Part shown: positions 38,402-50,833 of the stretch, piece after piece
Layout of the letters: every line of letters starts with the position of its first letter
Position numbering within the stretch: position 1 is the stretch's first letter
Assembly: GCA_017654855.1 (NCBI GenBank)
Contig: CM030338.1
Coordinates: 1,798,001 to 1,862,000, forward strand
Direction of reading: 5' to 3'
From: Podospora anserina
Taxonomy: Eukaryota
DNA length: 64,000 nt
Position numbers and translations under genes: made by a program
Notes under the pieces: generated by a model
Told to the model about the DNA's origin: nothing
The model's input: only the letters and a program-made list of their open reading frames with translations
The model's database searches: none

Positions 38402-38410
38402 CCATCATCA
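38372..38410. repeat. (TCA)n microsatellite
   Basis: Direct read. Confidence 0.85.
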
Positions 38411-39390
38411 TTACATCTCACTTCAAGAGTCCCTTTTTTTTCTTTTTACTTTTTTTGCGCACTGGAATCACGGTCAACATTGGAGTTGTGCTCTTACATT
38501 ACTCCCAAGTCTTTCTCTTTTACATGATGCTTCAAGATCTTCCTGTTCGTGTTCTTTATGGGATCTCCTTGTTTAATAACACTCATATGTGTTTGAGTGG
38601 ATTTCTTCATCTTTCAGACATTAGTTATTACCTCCCATCATGGCCGAGGAATCATCAGAGCCCCAAAAGAAAACAAGAAAACTGCCGAAAAAGGAAAAAG
38701 AAAAGAAGAAAAAAGGGGGGAAAAGAAAGAGAAAGAGAAAAAAAAAAAAAACCGGAAAACCACACCCGCTGCATTATTCTTTTTCCTACAGTCATGTTCG
38801 GTTCATAGGGATAGAATTGGGGAGTTAATAATAGAACATGTCCACTTCAACCGTCTTCATCCCCTCATCGTGATCCTCCATTCCAAACCAAGACATCCTA
38901 TACTTTCCACCACCCTTCCAAAAAAAAAAATTCCCAAACGGCCGGAACCGTCAAACCTTCCCACAAACCCGAGACATGTGGAAATCGCCATGCTCCCATC
39001 AAAAATGCCACCAGCGTCACACAGCGTTCTCCAATTGTCTCAGGTACACAAAAACGGCTTTTCGGGCTGGAAGCGTGTGACAACATCACGGAGCTATCAA
39101 AATAGACACAACACCATACGAGGCAATAGAAATTCAGCTGGTAGTCAATGTACGACCTATCATTTATCATTTACTACTATTGCTTGGTCCAAAAGAAACA
39201 AGGAAAAGAGAAAAAGCACAGTGTGTACAACACAAACCCAATGAATTACTCCCTGAAATGCGCCGTGTGTTACTGTCCAAGATAAAAAGCTCGACAAAAA
39301 GCTCCCAACCCCCAAACAATCAATCTAGCCTGCTAACAATGCTAGGAATGCGCTGTTGTTTGTGCTGCCTTGTGTATGTGTACCCCCCAC

Positions 39391-41112
39391 TTATTTCGCG
39401 AACCACTCACCGCCCAACCACCGGTTCAGGAAGTCAAGAGAGTTCTCGGGCTGGTCCATGGGAACCATGTGGCCGGCCTGGTACACCTGCATGAAGGTGA
39501 AGTTGCCAGAGGCCTTGACCTTGCCGTACTCCTTCTCGGCGCCAGCAAGCTTCAAGTCCTTGATAGAGGCCTTGTTGAAGTTCTTCTTGCCGGGCCACTC
39601 AAGAGCCTCAGTCCAGGCCTGGTTACCGAGCCAGTTGCAGATGTAGTCGGCATCACCGGCATAGATGAGAACCGGGATCTCCTTGAGGATGTTGGGGACG
39701 AGGCGATGGAATGGCTGCATCCAGTCGCCTTGGAACAAGAAGTTGCGGTTGATGTCAAAGTTGCAGCTTTCGTAGCCAGAGACCTCAACTCCAAGAGCAT
39801 CCATGACATCTTGCTGGTTGAGATAGTCGCTGATCCAGCCAAGAGCGCTATAGCAGAGGTTGCTGCTATCCTCACACTTGCCACGGATGTCATAAACGTT
39901 CTGGCCGGTCCGCTGGTAGGGGCCAATGAGCGCATTGTTGCAGTAAATAGAAGCAGGAACGCAACTCCAGACACTACCAGAGTCGTAGCAGTTCTGGATG
40001 AGGGACTGGCAGCGGGGAAGAGCATTGTCCATGCTGCGGCACTCAGACTCGTCAAGAACGGCGGGGTAACCACCCTTGCCGCAAGCCATAGGGCGGTAGT
40101 GCTCGTACTGAGTAAGACCGTCGGTCAAACCATTCCCGATAAGGATCGACTTGAGGTTGATGTTGCGGTTCTTGTGGGACAGGATCTCAGAGGCAAAGAC
40201 GGGAATGTAGTGACCAGCATAGGACTCGCCAGCAATGTGGAAGTCTTGCTTGGCGTACTCGGGGAACTGGTGGAAGAAGAGGGACAGGAGAGCGTAGACA
40301 TCCTTGCCAGCAGCAATGGTGTTGCTCACGGAGTTGCCAGAGTACGAGTAACCGACGTTGACGGGCTGGTCAAGGAAGATGACGCTGGCATTGTTGTTCC
40401 AGCTGAACTCGTTGTTCACAACCTTGAGCTTCTTGTCGATCGATGAAGGACCGAGCTCGAGGAACAAGCCAGTGAGGGAAGAGCAGCCTGGACCGCCGTT
40501 GAGCCAGAGGACCACGGGGTCGTTCTTGGGATCGTTGCGGGACTCGAAGAACCCTAATCATAGACATTAGCTTGATGCGATTAAGCAGAATTAGGGGTGA
40601 CAGAACGTACAGTAAAACAAGTGCTTGTCATTGGCCTCGTCATCCAAGTAACCGCTGTACTGCTTTACCTTGTCGACGCCAAGCTTGGATGGGTCAACAG
40701 CCTTGACACGGAGGTTGAAATCGGCAAGCTTGCCATCCACCTGGCGGTGGTCTTCACCGCTCTCGCCCTGAACCCAGAGCTTCTGGACATCGGCGCCCTT
40801 GACGACGTGGTCCCAGTCGTGACGGCGACGGGCGGGCTTGGGCTTGGTGAACCAGTTGGAGTGGTTGAAGGCACTTTCTGGCACGAGGAGCTTGATCTCG
40901 TCCCAGAGGGCCTTGACCTCGGCGGTCATGCCATGGAAGGCCTCCTCAATGTTGGCGATGGGCTTGCCAGCAGCGTCAACGAACTGTTCGGCGAGCGGCT
41001 TCATGCCAGCCTGGGCCCGTTCGTAGCCGCTCGAGAGAACATGCTGTGTTTGCTGCTGGAACGAAGCCGCCGAGGCGACTCCGAGGAGCACTGTCGAAGC
41101 AGCGACCCTCAT
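39391..41112 (-). CDS. PRC1: Carboxypeptidase Y (serine carboxypeptidase S10), prepro-protein, one intron about 40554-40609
   Basis: [32 protein letters not shown] and AGHMVP catalytic motifs; signal peptide. Confidence 0.97.
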
Positions 41113-42243
41113 TGTAGATATGTATGGTGATGAAGAGTCAATTTAGAGATGGTGATGGATGGAGGAAGGAGGAGAGGAAGAGGAATAAGCTTGGGGGAGG
41201 ATAGCTAATAACTGAAACAGCAATGAGCTGTTCCCGGAGGTCGGGGAAACAGGCAGATCTGGGTTGCGCCACTGGTACCTTGCAGGTTGGGGTCACGAGA
41301 ACGTTTGGCGGTCTACAGAAAATGCGGTAAACTATGCCCAAGTGAGCGCGCGAGGCTGCATTTTCTGTGCGAACCCTGCAGACAAGGGCGCAGCTCCAAT
41401 CAACTTGGCGGTTATCGTCCCCCGAGCCGATAAGCTTCGTCATTGCCAGGAGCCCCATGGCAACCAGTTGCTTTACTGTGCCTCAGCTGGCCACCCAGCC
41501 CCGCGAGATTCAGCAGGCGATTTCTGCTGTCAATGAATTGAGCCCATCGAAATGAGATTAAAGCTCCTATCTTAAGTTCATCTCAACTACCTGTCTATCC
41601 GTCCTCACCGTACGAAAGGCGCGACCGATGCTGTAGGGGTCGAGAGTAAGGCAAGTGGGGATGGCATTACGTCGGTCCAAGCCCAGCAAAGCGGTGCCAG
41701 CGCGCGCTGCAGTGACCCACCGTCTTGACTCACTATCAGTGATTGTTAGTGCGCAACCCGGTGTGACTATCGCAGTTCCGGCGCATCCCAAGATGCTGGC
41801 TTTTGCTGAGCTGTCGTCGGAGCTTGGTATTCGTTGCGAAGAAATTCTCGTTCAGACATTGAGAACCATTCCAGGAAGGGACAGCGCGCCTTCAAGCTTC
41901 AAGGGGGATCATCAACGACGTGACCGATCTCATGTGTCGCGCTAGCAATCGACAAGGCCTAGAGTCAGCCAAGAACTTGGCTCACCCAGATCTGCTCCGC
42001 CAGTGACCAAGATTGGCGGGGTAGGATTTTGATAGAAACCAAATTTGAAGCAAAATCTCCCTGTCCCACCTTGATCACAAAGTTGATGATTATCAAGCAA
42101 CCCTCTTCCAGCCTCACAAAAGACACAGTCACACTGTACAAATGAAACCCTTGTTCTAATCGCAGCAACATCCGCATCCCCTTCTCACCAACCAAACCAC
42201 CACATCTACTACCCAAGCCCTCGACCGAGGCCAAACCACCACA

Positions 42244-43185
42244 ATGGTCATCCAACAACCTTCCAACCAAATCAAGTTAACAAACGTCTCCCTCGTCCGT
42301 CTCAAAAAAGGCAAAAAGCGCTTCGAAATCGCCTGCTACAAAAACAAAGTCCTCGAGTGGCGCTCCGGCATCGAAACAGACCTCGACAACGTCCTCCAAA
42401 TCCCAAACGTCTTCCTCAACGTCTCCAAAGGCCAAACCGCCCCCTCGGCCGAGCTCGCCAAAGCCTTTGGCAAGGACGTCTCCGTCGACGACATCATCCT
42501 CGAGATTCTCAAAAAGGGCGAGATGCAAGTCGGAGAAAAAGAACGCTCCGCCCAGCTGGAGCGCGTGCACAATGAGGTGATGGGCATGGTGGCCAGCAAG
42601 CTGGTTGACCCGAGGACGAAGAGGGTGTACACCACGAGTATCATCGAAAAGGCGCTCGATCAGCTCAGTTCGCAGGCGCACCAGCAGAGTAATAACGACA
42701 AGGATAAGAAGGAGGACGGGAACAGTGCCAGTGGGACGCCCGCGACGGGGGAGGTAGGGGAGTCGAAACCGCAGGCGCCGAAGCCGATTTGGAAGGGCGT
42801 GAGCGCTACCAAGAGCGCAAAGTCGCAGGCGTTGGAGGCGATGAAGGCTCTTGTTGCGCACCAGCCGATACCTATCGCGAGAGCGCGCATGCGGGTGCGT
42901 GTTACTTGCCCGACGAATGTCCTGAAGCAGTCAGTCAAGGCTCCCAAAGCGGCTGCTGGAAAGGAGGACGAGGATGGGGAGAAGAAGGCACCAGGCACGG
43001 TCAAGGATAAGATTCTCAGTTTATTCGAGCAGGTCGAGAATCAGGACGTCATGGGTTCCGAGTGGGAAGCTGTTGGTTTCGTTGAACCAGGCATCTTCAA
43101 GGATCTTTCAGACTTCATCGAGAACGAGACCAAGGGGAGAGGCAACGTCGAGGTGCTGGATAGGGCGGTCACACACGAGGACTAA
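42244..43185 (+). CDS. SDO1: Ribosome maturation factor SBDS/Sdo1
   Basis: QPSNQIKLTNVSLVRLKKGKKRFEIACYKNKV, KSAKSQALEAMK and PIARARMR. Confidence 0.97.
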   Translation: MVIQQPSNQIKLTNVSLVRLKKGKKRFEIACYKNKVLEWRSGIETDLDNVLQIPNVFLNVSKGQTAPSAELAKAFGKDVSVDDIILEILKKGEMQVGEKERSAQLERVHNEVMGMVASKLVDPRTKRVYTTSIIEKALDQLSSQAHQQSNNDKDKKEDGNSASGTPATGEVGESKPQAPKPIWKGVSATKSAKSQALEAMKALVAHQPIPIARARMRVRVTCPTNVLKQSVKAPKAAAGKEDEDGEKKAPGTVKDKILSLFEQVENQDVMGSEWEAVGFVEPGIFKDLSDFIENETKGRGNVEVLDRAVTHED

Positions 43186-43547
43186 AAGAGAAAAAAACTT
43201 GTTGAAGATGCCCAAACAAATATCTTGATACCCCTTCTAGCATGCCTTGGACTAGTTACTGTTGATAGGAATAAAAAGTTCTTTTGATTTTGTATCACAC
43301 AAGTCGCCATACGAAAGTACAAGTCACTAGAAATGGTCATGTACTTTTTTCATATCTGCGCCTGTATTGTCATGCTGTGTATCATGGTGGTTCCCTTTAG
43401 CAATCCGGCGACCTCCACGGAGAGTAGAGACGTCGCAAAGGAAAAAAAAATCAACCCGAGCCCCATGACCATCCTTTGCCTGAGATAACACCACCGAAAA
43501 GCCAAGCACAGCAGTGCCAAACAAAACCGCACGCTTCCCGCAAATGC

Positions 43548-44578
43548 TTAACCACCCTTCTTCTTGGAGACACCGACGGTCCGGCCGCGGCGACCAGTCG
43601 TCTTGGTGTGCTGGCCACGGACACGGAGGCCCCAGTAGTGACGGAGACCACGGTGGGCACGGATCTTCTTCAAGCGCTCGAGATCATCACGGAGCTTGGA
43701 GTCGACACCGTTGGCGAGGATCTGGGAGTCCTTGCCATCGACAATGTCGCGCTGTCTGTTGAGGAACCACTATTCATGTTGTTAGCTTGCTATTCGGTGG
43801 CGGGAGGGCACCGAGGGATGACATACGGCGGGGATCTTGTAGGCGGTGGGATTCTGGATGATGGTGACCAGACGCTCGAGCTCTTCGGAGGTGAGCTCAC
43901 CGGCGCGCTTCTTCAGGTCGACATCGGCCTTCTTGCACACCAAGTTGGAGTAGCGGCGACCGACACCCTTGATCTTGCTGGACTGGGGGTTAGCCAATGT
44001 CCAAGCGGTTTGCGACTGGTGCGGTTCGAACTCACGTCAAGGAGTAAACGACCTTCTGCTTGCCGTCAACGTTGGTGTTGAGCAGACGCAGAATGTGGTT
44101 GAAATTGCTCTGTGAGACGAGTTAGCCCGGCCCCTCGACACTCAATATGATGCCCGCCGTCTGCTCAGTTTGCCATGCTGCCATCTCTCATTTTGTGATA
44201 TTGCCAAACTCTCGATGTTGGCCAAACACGTCCAATAACTCAAATAGTCACATCGCGGGCATCTGGGGCCTAGATAGAGTCCCAAAGCTCTGGGCTTATC
44301 CGGCAGATCCGCTGAGTCGGTGCAATGTGTCGACTGTGTTTCCGGCCGCCATCAAGGTCGAAATTGATGGGTTTTGAGGCAACGATGTTGGATTTGATCG
44401 ATTTCGAGGTGGGAAGATTGCGATCGTCGATGATATCGTCAAGGACGAGTTCTGCTTCGAAGTTTTCGATCGGGGAGGCGGCGGCGACCACAACACAGGC
44501 ATTTCGCAGACGGCAAACTCAACAGCTGATGGCGATAGAGATAGACAGACGTACCTTCTCACCCGAGACCAAACTCAT
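43548..44578 (-). CDS. RPS18: 40S ribosomal protein S18 (uS13), 3 introns
   Basis: MSLVSGEK / [19 protein letters not shown] / [17 protein letters not shown] / [30 protein letters not shown]; first intron 44110-44554. Confidence 0.97.
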
Positions 44579-44697
44579 GATGGGCAACTGTTGTCGAGGC
44601 TTCGCTCGTGTTGTCCAGAATTTGGTTGCTGTCGAGGTTTCGTAAAAAGGGTCGTTAGCGAATTTGTGAGCCGATGGGTTTTCGAATTTGTGTGTGG

Positions 44698-44798
44698 TCA
44701 CGTGTGGGGGGCAGAAATTCACTTGCCCAGGCACGGACCAGCTAAGGTGAACAATGTGGGGCTGCATTTTGCCTGTTCGACGTTCAGGGTTAGGGTTA
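44698..44798. promoter_or_regulatory. TCACGTG E-box and CAGGGTTAGGGTTA telobox-like element upstream of RPS18
   Basis: TCACGTG at 44698-44704 and TTAGGG-type repeat at 44785-44798, 120-220 nt upstream of the ATG; matches Cbf1 and Tbf1 site consensus; function is inferred. Confidence 0.5.
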
Positions 44799-45446
44799 CC
44801 TCACTTGGCATCAGCCCTGTGAGAGCGAACTTCTGGGCTCCCTCCGCGCCACTTTCCCCAGACATTGCTCAGGAAGCATGACCAGTCTCATTGTCAGTTG
44901 GCAAGCTCCTTCATTGTCATGCCTCTGCCTCGGTGATGGTTTCAACCAACAGCTGAGCCAATCGAGAAACGACTCTTCAAGAAGCGTCCCGCAGTCAGCA
45001 AGATAATTAATTAGAGAGCCGGCATCTCAGATCGAACCCTTTCATACCTGCAAACTAAAATAGCTAGAAACTGGAGTTTGCCCCTGAGAACTCGACATGA
45101 CGCAGTCCCTGCAACCAATGGCAATCCGAAACTGCACGCGCGGTGGTTGCTCGCTTGGTGGCTGAGCCGAAGACCGACGGTGACGTTTGCCTGGGCGGGC
45201 CAGTCCAACATCGCGGGGTCAACTTGGGTCGGCATCTTGTTGCTTGCTTCAGCTGCCAATAACTTAGCCCCGTGTCCGTTTCCATTCTGCTGCGCCTGAC
45301 TCACGGGACGTCAGCAGCAGTAGCCAAGCATTCCTTTTTATGTACATCATCTGCAAAGAAAAGTAAACTCTTGCTCATTTCCTTCCAACTCCAAGCTTGT
45401 CTCCAAAGTTCTTCAACGTTGCCCCTCGCGCACCCAGAACTTCAAG

Positions 45447-47114
45447 ATGCTCGACGAAAACCTTCCAACCTTTCGGTTCAAGCCGTCGTCAGACGACCCA
45501 CTCTCAACCATACTTTACTTCACTCAGAACGGCTCCGAGCCATCTCCCGAGTATTTATTGCGAAAACCAGACCCCGCGCTGCCAGCTTCTCGCAACAAGT
45601 ATGGCGTTGGGCTTTGCGATCCTTATAACCACAATGTTGTATACGGCGAGGTGACGGTCGAACCGGAATGGACACTGCCTACCCTCTCCGCGGCCGAGAT
45701 CCGCGCCCAAGCACAGTCTGACGCTCCTCCTGCGCCAGCGACAGCGATTATTCCAGACAGCTTCTCTATCCAACTCTATGATCCAGATCAGACTATCGCA
45801 GTGAAGCTGATGGCAGGCAGCTGGAACAAGAGTGATACCTGGGAGTTTGAGATTCCAGTTCAGACATTTAAGACCCCCACGACGAGCGAGCTCGACCGTG
45901 AGCAGCAGAACACCTCTCCAGCAGCTGCTGATCTGATCCCGCGGATCATGTTCCGTTGGAAAAAGGAGGGCAAACTCAGCAAGGATATGACATGTTACAT
46001 GTCAGGCAAGAACACGGCAGGCAAGAAGAGCAAGGAGCCCGATATCACAGTCGCCATGTACAAGGGATCAAGAGAAAGCGCCATGACGCTCTACCAGCCA
46101 AACCTTCACCGAGTAGAGGTTGAAGACCGCAAGGGACTAGAGCTGGTCCTCCTCCTCGGCGCAGAAGTCATCAAGGATCTCTACCTCAACCCCAAGCCAG
46201 GGCTGTTCAACGTCTCGGCCACCAGCCCCGGGCCCCTCCCCAACCCGCAGAAGAGGAAGAACTCCCGTCCTAATCTGGTGGCAGCAGCAGCAGTTGTTCC
46301 ACCCCCGGCAGCAACCCCCCCAGCCGCCATGTCAGGAGCCTTGAACAACACTCCTCCCCCGGTCAAGAGCAACACAATGCCTACTACCTCCTCCAAACCT
46401 GGCGCAGCTCCCCCAACAACAACAGCAAACAACATCCCACCCCCGCCCCCCGGCGGCCCACCAAACAAACAAGCCGTAGGCTTCACCTCCACCCCTACAG
46501 CCTCCATTGAAGCAGAAACCCGCCGCCTGCAAGAACTCGTCGAGCGCGAACAACGCGAGCGGGAGAAGGCCGAACGCGCAGAGCAGAAGCGCATCAAAAA
46601 GATGCTCGAAGAGGAGGAAAAGGCCCAGCGCAAGCGAGAAGCGGAAATCGCCAAAGAAACGGAGCGTCTGCGCAAGAAGTACGGGGTTGAGGGCCAGGAC
46701 CTCCCATCGGATCGGCCTTCTTTGCCTCCTAGGCCGGCGTCATCGGTGAATAACTCGCCTTCTATCCCGCAGCAGCAACAGTTTTTCCCTGCCCCCCCGC
46801 CGCCACAGCAGCAGCAGCCGCAGTGGTTAGGTGCTCCGGCGCCGGCGCTGCCGCCACGACCGGTGAGTGCGGGGCCGGGGTCGGGCGCGAATCAACAGCA
46901 AGGGGGCCAGGGGCCGTTTCATTGCAATAAGCTGAATGTGCTTTGGAAGGGGGCGGGGCAGCAGTTGGAGCATGTGAGGAGTCAGGTTGAGAGTAGGATG
47001 AGTCCGGAGTTGCAGGCGAAGTTGAGCCAGACGCTGCCGCATAGGCCGAAGAAGGAGGAGGAGGGGGGTGGGGGACGGAGGAGGGTGCAGAGGAAGAGGA
47101 GTTCTGGGTTTTAG
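45447..47114 (+). CDS. Hypothetical protein: N-terminal globular domain, Pro-rich linkers and an E/K/R coiled coil
   Basis: 555-aa intronless ORF with coding-like composition (MLDENLPTF..EVEDRKGLELVLLLGAEVIKD); no function recognised. Confidence 0.85.
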   Translation: MLDENLPTFRFKPSSDDPLSTILYFTQNGSEPSPEYLLRKPDPALPASRNKYGVGLCDPYNHNVVYGEVTVEPEWTLPTLSAAEIRAQAQSDAPPAPATAIIPDSFSIQLYDPDQTIAVKLMAGSWNKSDTWEFEIPVQTFKTPTTSELDREQQNTSPAAADLIPRIMFRWKKEGKLSKDMTCYMSGKNTAGKKSKEPDITVAMYKGSRESAMTLYQPNLHRVEVEDRKGLELVLLLGAEVIKDLYLNPKPGLFNVSATSPGPLPNPQKRKNSRPNLVAAAAVVPPPAATPPAAMSGALNNTPPPVKSNTMPTTSSKPGAAPPTTTANNIPPPPPGGPPNKQAVGFTSTPTASIEAETRRLQELVEREQREREKAERAEQKRIKKMLEEEEKAQRKREAEIAKETERLRKKYGVEGQDLPSDRPSLPPRPASSVNNSPSIPQQQQFFPAPPPPQQQQPQWLGAPAPALPPRPVSAGPGSGANQQQGGQGPFHCNKLNVLWKGAGQQLEHVRSQVESRMSPELQAKLSQTLPHRPKKEEEGGGGRRRVQRKRSSGF

Positions 47115-49163
47115 GGGGGTTAGGAGGGATTATGAGGGTGGTGTAGGACATGGATGGGGCATACTAGAAGTGATCAAGCATGATGGGAATTTGGGAATGG
47201 GTTTTGGGAGGAATTCTGATATGGGTTTGGTATAATGAGTTTGGGGAGGATAGCTGTTTTCTTTTTTTTTTTTGGCAACGAGATATCATGAACCTGTTAG
47301 CGAAGAGTTTGAATGGAATTATTTTTGAAACACGACAGAAATCTTTCTATATATCGAGTAACTATTCGGGTGGATCTTACCCCTACTCAGGCTCCCTGGC
47401 CCAGGGGGGGAACTTATCGGTTGAAGAAACCCAAGCAACAAGCAAGCATGTGTTCCTTGTTTGAGTGGACTAAAATACGACGATAACCGCCCATGACGAA
47501 CGTAGCATTTGTGCCAACCGCTTGGCGGTTTGTTTGAGACGGCTGTTCAAAAAGCTTGATGATGATATGATCCCTATCACTGAGATAGGGGAGTTCATCT
47601 CTACCATGAGTGTTTCCTTTTCTTGTTTGTGAACTATCATCTGAACTTTTTTTTGTGTCAAGTTTATGTGTGAGGTGATGTCCACATATAGATTTGACAG
47701 ATCAATGCATAATCAAGTAATTGAGTTTGCAAGGTGTATATTTCTAGAAGAACGAGAAGGATTCATTTTGTTGATCCGAGGATTTTGGTGACCAGGCATG
47801 GTGGACGGGAGGAAGAGATACCGGGCCGTTTGGCTGGGTCGAGTTAAGGGAAAAAAAAAAAAGGTGAAACGCGGGGTTTGGGATATGGGTGGTTATATAT
47901 GGACAGGGGATTGATGGGGATGTGTTGGACGTTCTGGACGATGGGGGCAGGCTTTGGTGAAACTTGGTGGGCGGGTACTGAAGCTTTCTTTTTTGTGGAA
48001 AAGGGAGGTAGGGAAGGGGGGGAACGGGGGTGTTGAAGATGGGTGATGATTATGTGGTGGCCTGGTGACTTGCGCAGCCTATGAAAGAGTGTAATAAGTG
48101 TACCAGGCGTACTTGTGATGAGCTGAGATAAATATTAGATGGCAACGTTAGACGAGGAGGAAGAATGTGAGTTGACTGCGGACTTGTGCTGCTGTTCAAT
48201 ATATTTTTGGTGGGGGAGAAGCAATTATGGCAAGGCTGTGAGAGCCCTATGAATGTGCTGCTGCCACAAACTTGTATGGTGATACGCCATTTGGACTCTG
48301 GTGGCCAGGCACAAGGTGTTCAAGTGCCGCTGCTGAGATGAGATTCAGAGTGCTCAGAATATTCAGACGAAAACAACCAAAAAAAATAACTGGAATTGGT
48401 GTTTGTGATCAGCAGTCGTGGAGGTCAAGGTTGAGGTCAAAGGTCGAGGATCAGTTCAAAACAGATGCAACGGTGGACTAGGAAACCCCCCGTCTCCCCC
48501 GTTAAGAAGAAGCGGGTCGAGGGGCCGGGGCCAAGCAACCGACTTGCAAATTTGGCGCTAAGACCATTTCGGGTGCCACCACCACTTCCAAGCGGCCAAA
48601 GCGAGCGGCTACGACAGCAGCAACCTGAATCCGCAATCAACCTCCGCCCGCATCACGACCGCCTGTTTTTCCTCCAGGTCGCCCGTCAACAGCGACAAGA
48701 CACTTCCGAAGTCGTCGCTGCCACCATCGCGACCCCCCGATCCGCCGACCGAAGAGCAAAGAGCCCGTCTCCCGAGGCCGACCGCACCGCCCGTTGAGGC
48801 TTAAGGAGGGGCTGCCGTTGTACCTGAATTGTTGGAACGGCTTTCCAGCTAGTTGGATTTTCCCAATTTTGGCGCCGTTGGACGCCATCGCCGCCGAAAT
48901 CGGTTGCTTTGCTGAAAGTGATTATTCTGTATATCGTCTCCGTTCCTCTACACATATCAGCTTTCTGGGACCCGCGAGAAGATCCTGAACCGTCGCACCC
49001 CTTATCGTCGCCCCCCACGCCGAGGACCCTCTGCCCTCGACGCTGGCCACCACCTCGTCTCCTGGTAGCTTTACCAGTTCTCCCTTTAAGGGCGCCAGAA
49101 AACCGACAATCCGGCCCTCGTTGCAGCTTTGGGCTGTGAGGGCCTCACAGAACTACTTCAGTC

Positions 49164-50833
49164 ATGAATTTCGATTCAGGTACCGCCTACGCCGAGTCGG
49201 ACGCCGACGACGAGTACGAGAGAGATATCCATGGAAGCTCGCCCATGGCCACCGATGTCGAGACCTCTCCTATCGATTCTGACCCACCTTCAACCGAACA
49301 CACACCGACAACCTATGGCTATCGCTCAAGCGCCGACAGGCTCCCAGAGACCATCATTTCGGAATGGACTGCCGAAGAGTGTGCCGATTTTATTGCGTCA
49401 ATAGGCGTTCAACAATATGCAGATATATTTCTAGGTACGCTTGCGCCGGCTGGGTCTCACGAAGGAATGTCACCGCTAATATTCTTTGACAAGAAAACGA
49501 GATTGTGGGCGAGGCTCTGGTGGCTCTTCAGCATGACGATCTCAAATCCATGGGAATCAACAGCGTGGGCCACCGCCTGACAATATTGAAATCCGTGTAT
49601 GATGTCAAAAAAGCCCAGGATGTACCTATCGAGAGCGATCATTACATGCCGCCCAGTATGTGGTAACCCCCTGTTCCAGGAGGATGTGCTTGGTGACTAA
49701 CACGAGGAAAACGCAGCTGCGGAAACCGAAGCCCAGGCAGCAAACGCGACGTTGAAGGACATTCAACATCTTGTCCAGCAACTGCGTGTTCGAGACGAGC
49801 GGATCTCCATGTTTGAACAGGACTTGCGTCGACTGACGGACGATTTCAGGAGGCTGCGCGAGGATATGCTCCCCGCGTTGAGGTTGGCCAAGGATTACCA
49901 ACAGCCTTTACCACACGATCCGTCATATGGAGATACCCTATCGCCGCCTGCACCAACGCCGTCATCAGCCAACCAATACAATAGTAGCCTGTCGAGGAAA
50001 TACTCAACTAAGGTGATTAAGCTCGGGACGACACCAAAAGCAACATCACCAACTCATCTTCAAACCACACACAACCCTTCCCTAGTCGAGCAGACCCTCG
50101 ACCCCTCGGGAGCGGCAGACAGAGCAGTCATGTCGTCGTCCCACCTCGCAGCTATGAACGGCGTAGGCAGCTCCGTCTCCCCGGGATATCCATCACCAAA
50201 CATGCCCTCCCCCACCTCGCCACCAACCACCGGTCTAGCAGGCAATACCTTGTCCTCACGAGCCTACCGCTCTGATCAACCACCCCAGCAGCAACAGCAA
50301 CAACCACAGCAGCCGCCCTCGTCAACCAGAACAACCTTTTCCGAAAACGACCACTACGGCAACCAAACCAAAACAACGGCCGTCCCCGCGCCGAGAAGGA
50401 TGCAAACCCCGGCGCCGGAAACACCAGGGTCGAGTAACTCGGTCGAAATATTCAAGTCTTTTAGGGTGAGCATGGATGACCCGTGTTACAAGGTGCTGCC
50501 GGCGGCGTTGAAGAAGTACCAGATCAACGCGCCCTGGGACCAGTATGCGCTGTACATTGTGTATGGGGACCAGGAGAGGTGTCTGGGACTGGATGAGAAG
50601 CCGTTGATTCTGTTCAAGCAGCTGGACAAGGAGGGGAAGAAGCCGATGTTTATGCTCAGGAAGACAAACAATGCGCAGGCTGGGGGGGCGGTTGGGGGGA
50701 TGGTGGGGGGATGGGAGGGGGAGGGGATGGGGGGCAGCAGCAGCAGCAGCCGGGGAGTGCGGGGTTGGGGTCTGGGGGGAGAGGAGGGGGGATGGGGATG
50801 ATGGGGTATGATCCGCCGGGGGGGATTATTTGA
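49164..50833 (+). CDS. STE50: MAPK adaptor Ste50 (SAM plus RA domain); apparent 1-nt frameshift near the C-terminus
   Basis: SAM: EWTAEECADFI..ENEIVGEALVALQHDDLKSMGINSVGHRLTILK; RA: EIFKSFRVSMDDPCYKVLPAALKKY..EKPLILFKQLDKEGKKPMFMLRK; tail GYDPPGGII* in a shifted frame. Confidence 0.93.

Noticed and set aside
42244-44578. SDO1-RPS18 adjacency (plus RPS3) as a ribosome gene cluster
   Set aside because: Convergent genes with no shared promoter; compatible with chance in a housekeeping region
44785-44798. TAACCCTAA as a telomerase RNA template or telomere remnant
   Set aside because: Only about two units in a short divergent promoter, with no room for a kb-scale TER; better explained as a promoter motif
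47571-47592. tetO-like palindrome TCCCTATCACTGAGATAGGGG
   Set aside because: Has a 2-nt insertion relative to tetO and no vector or marker context; coincidental hairpin
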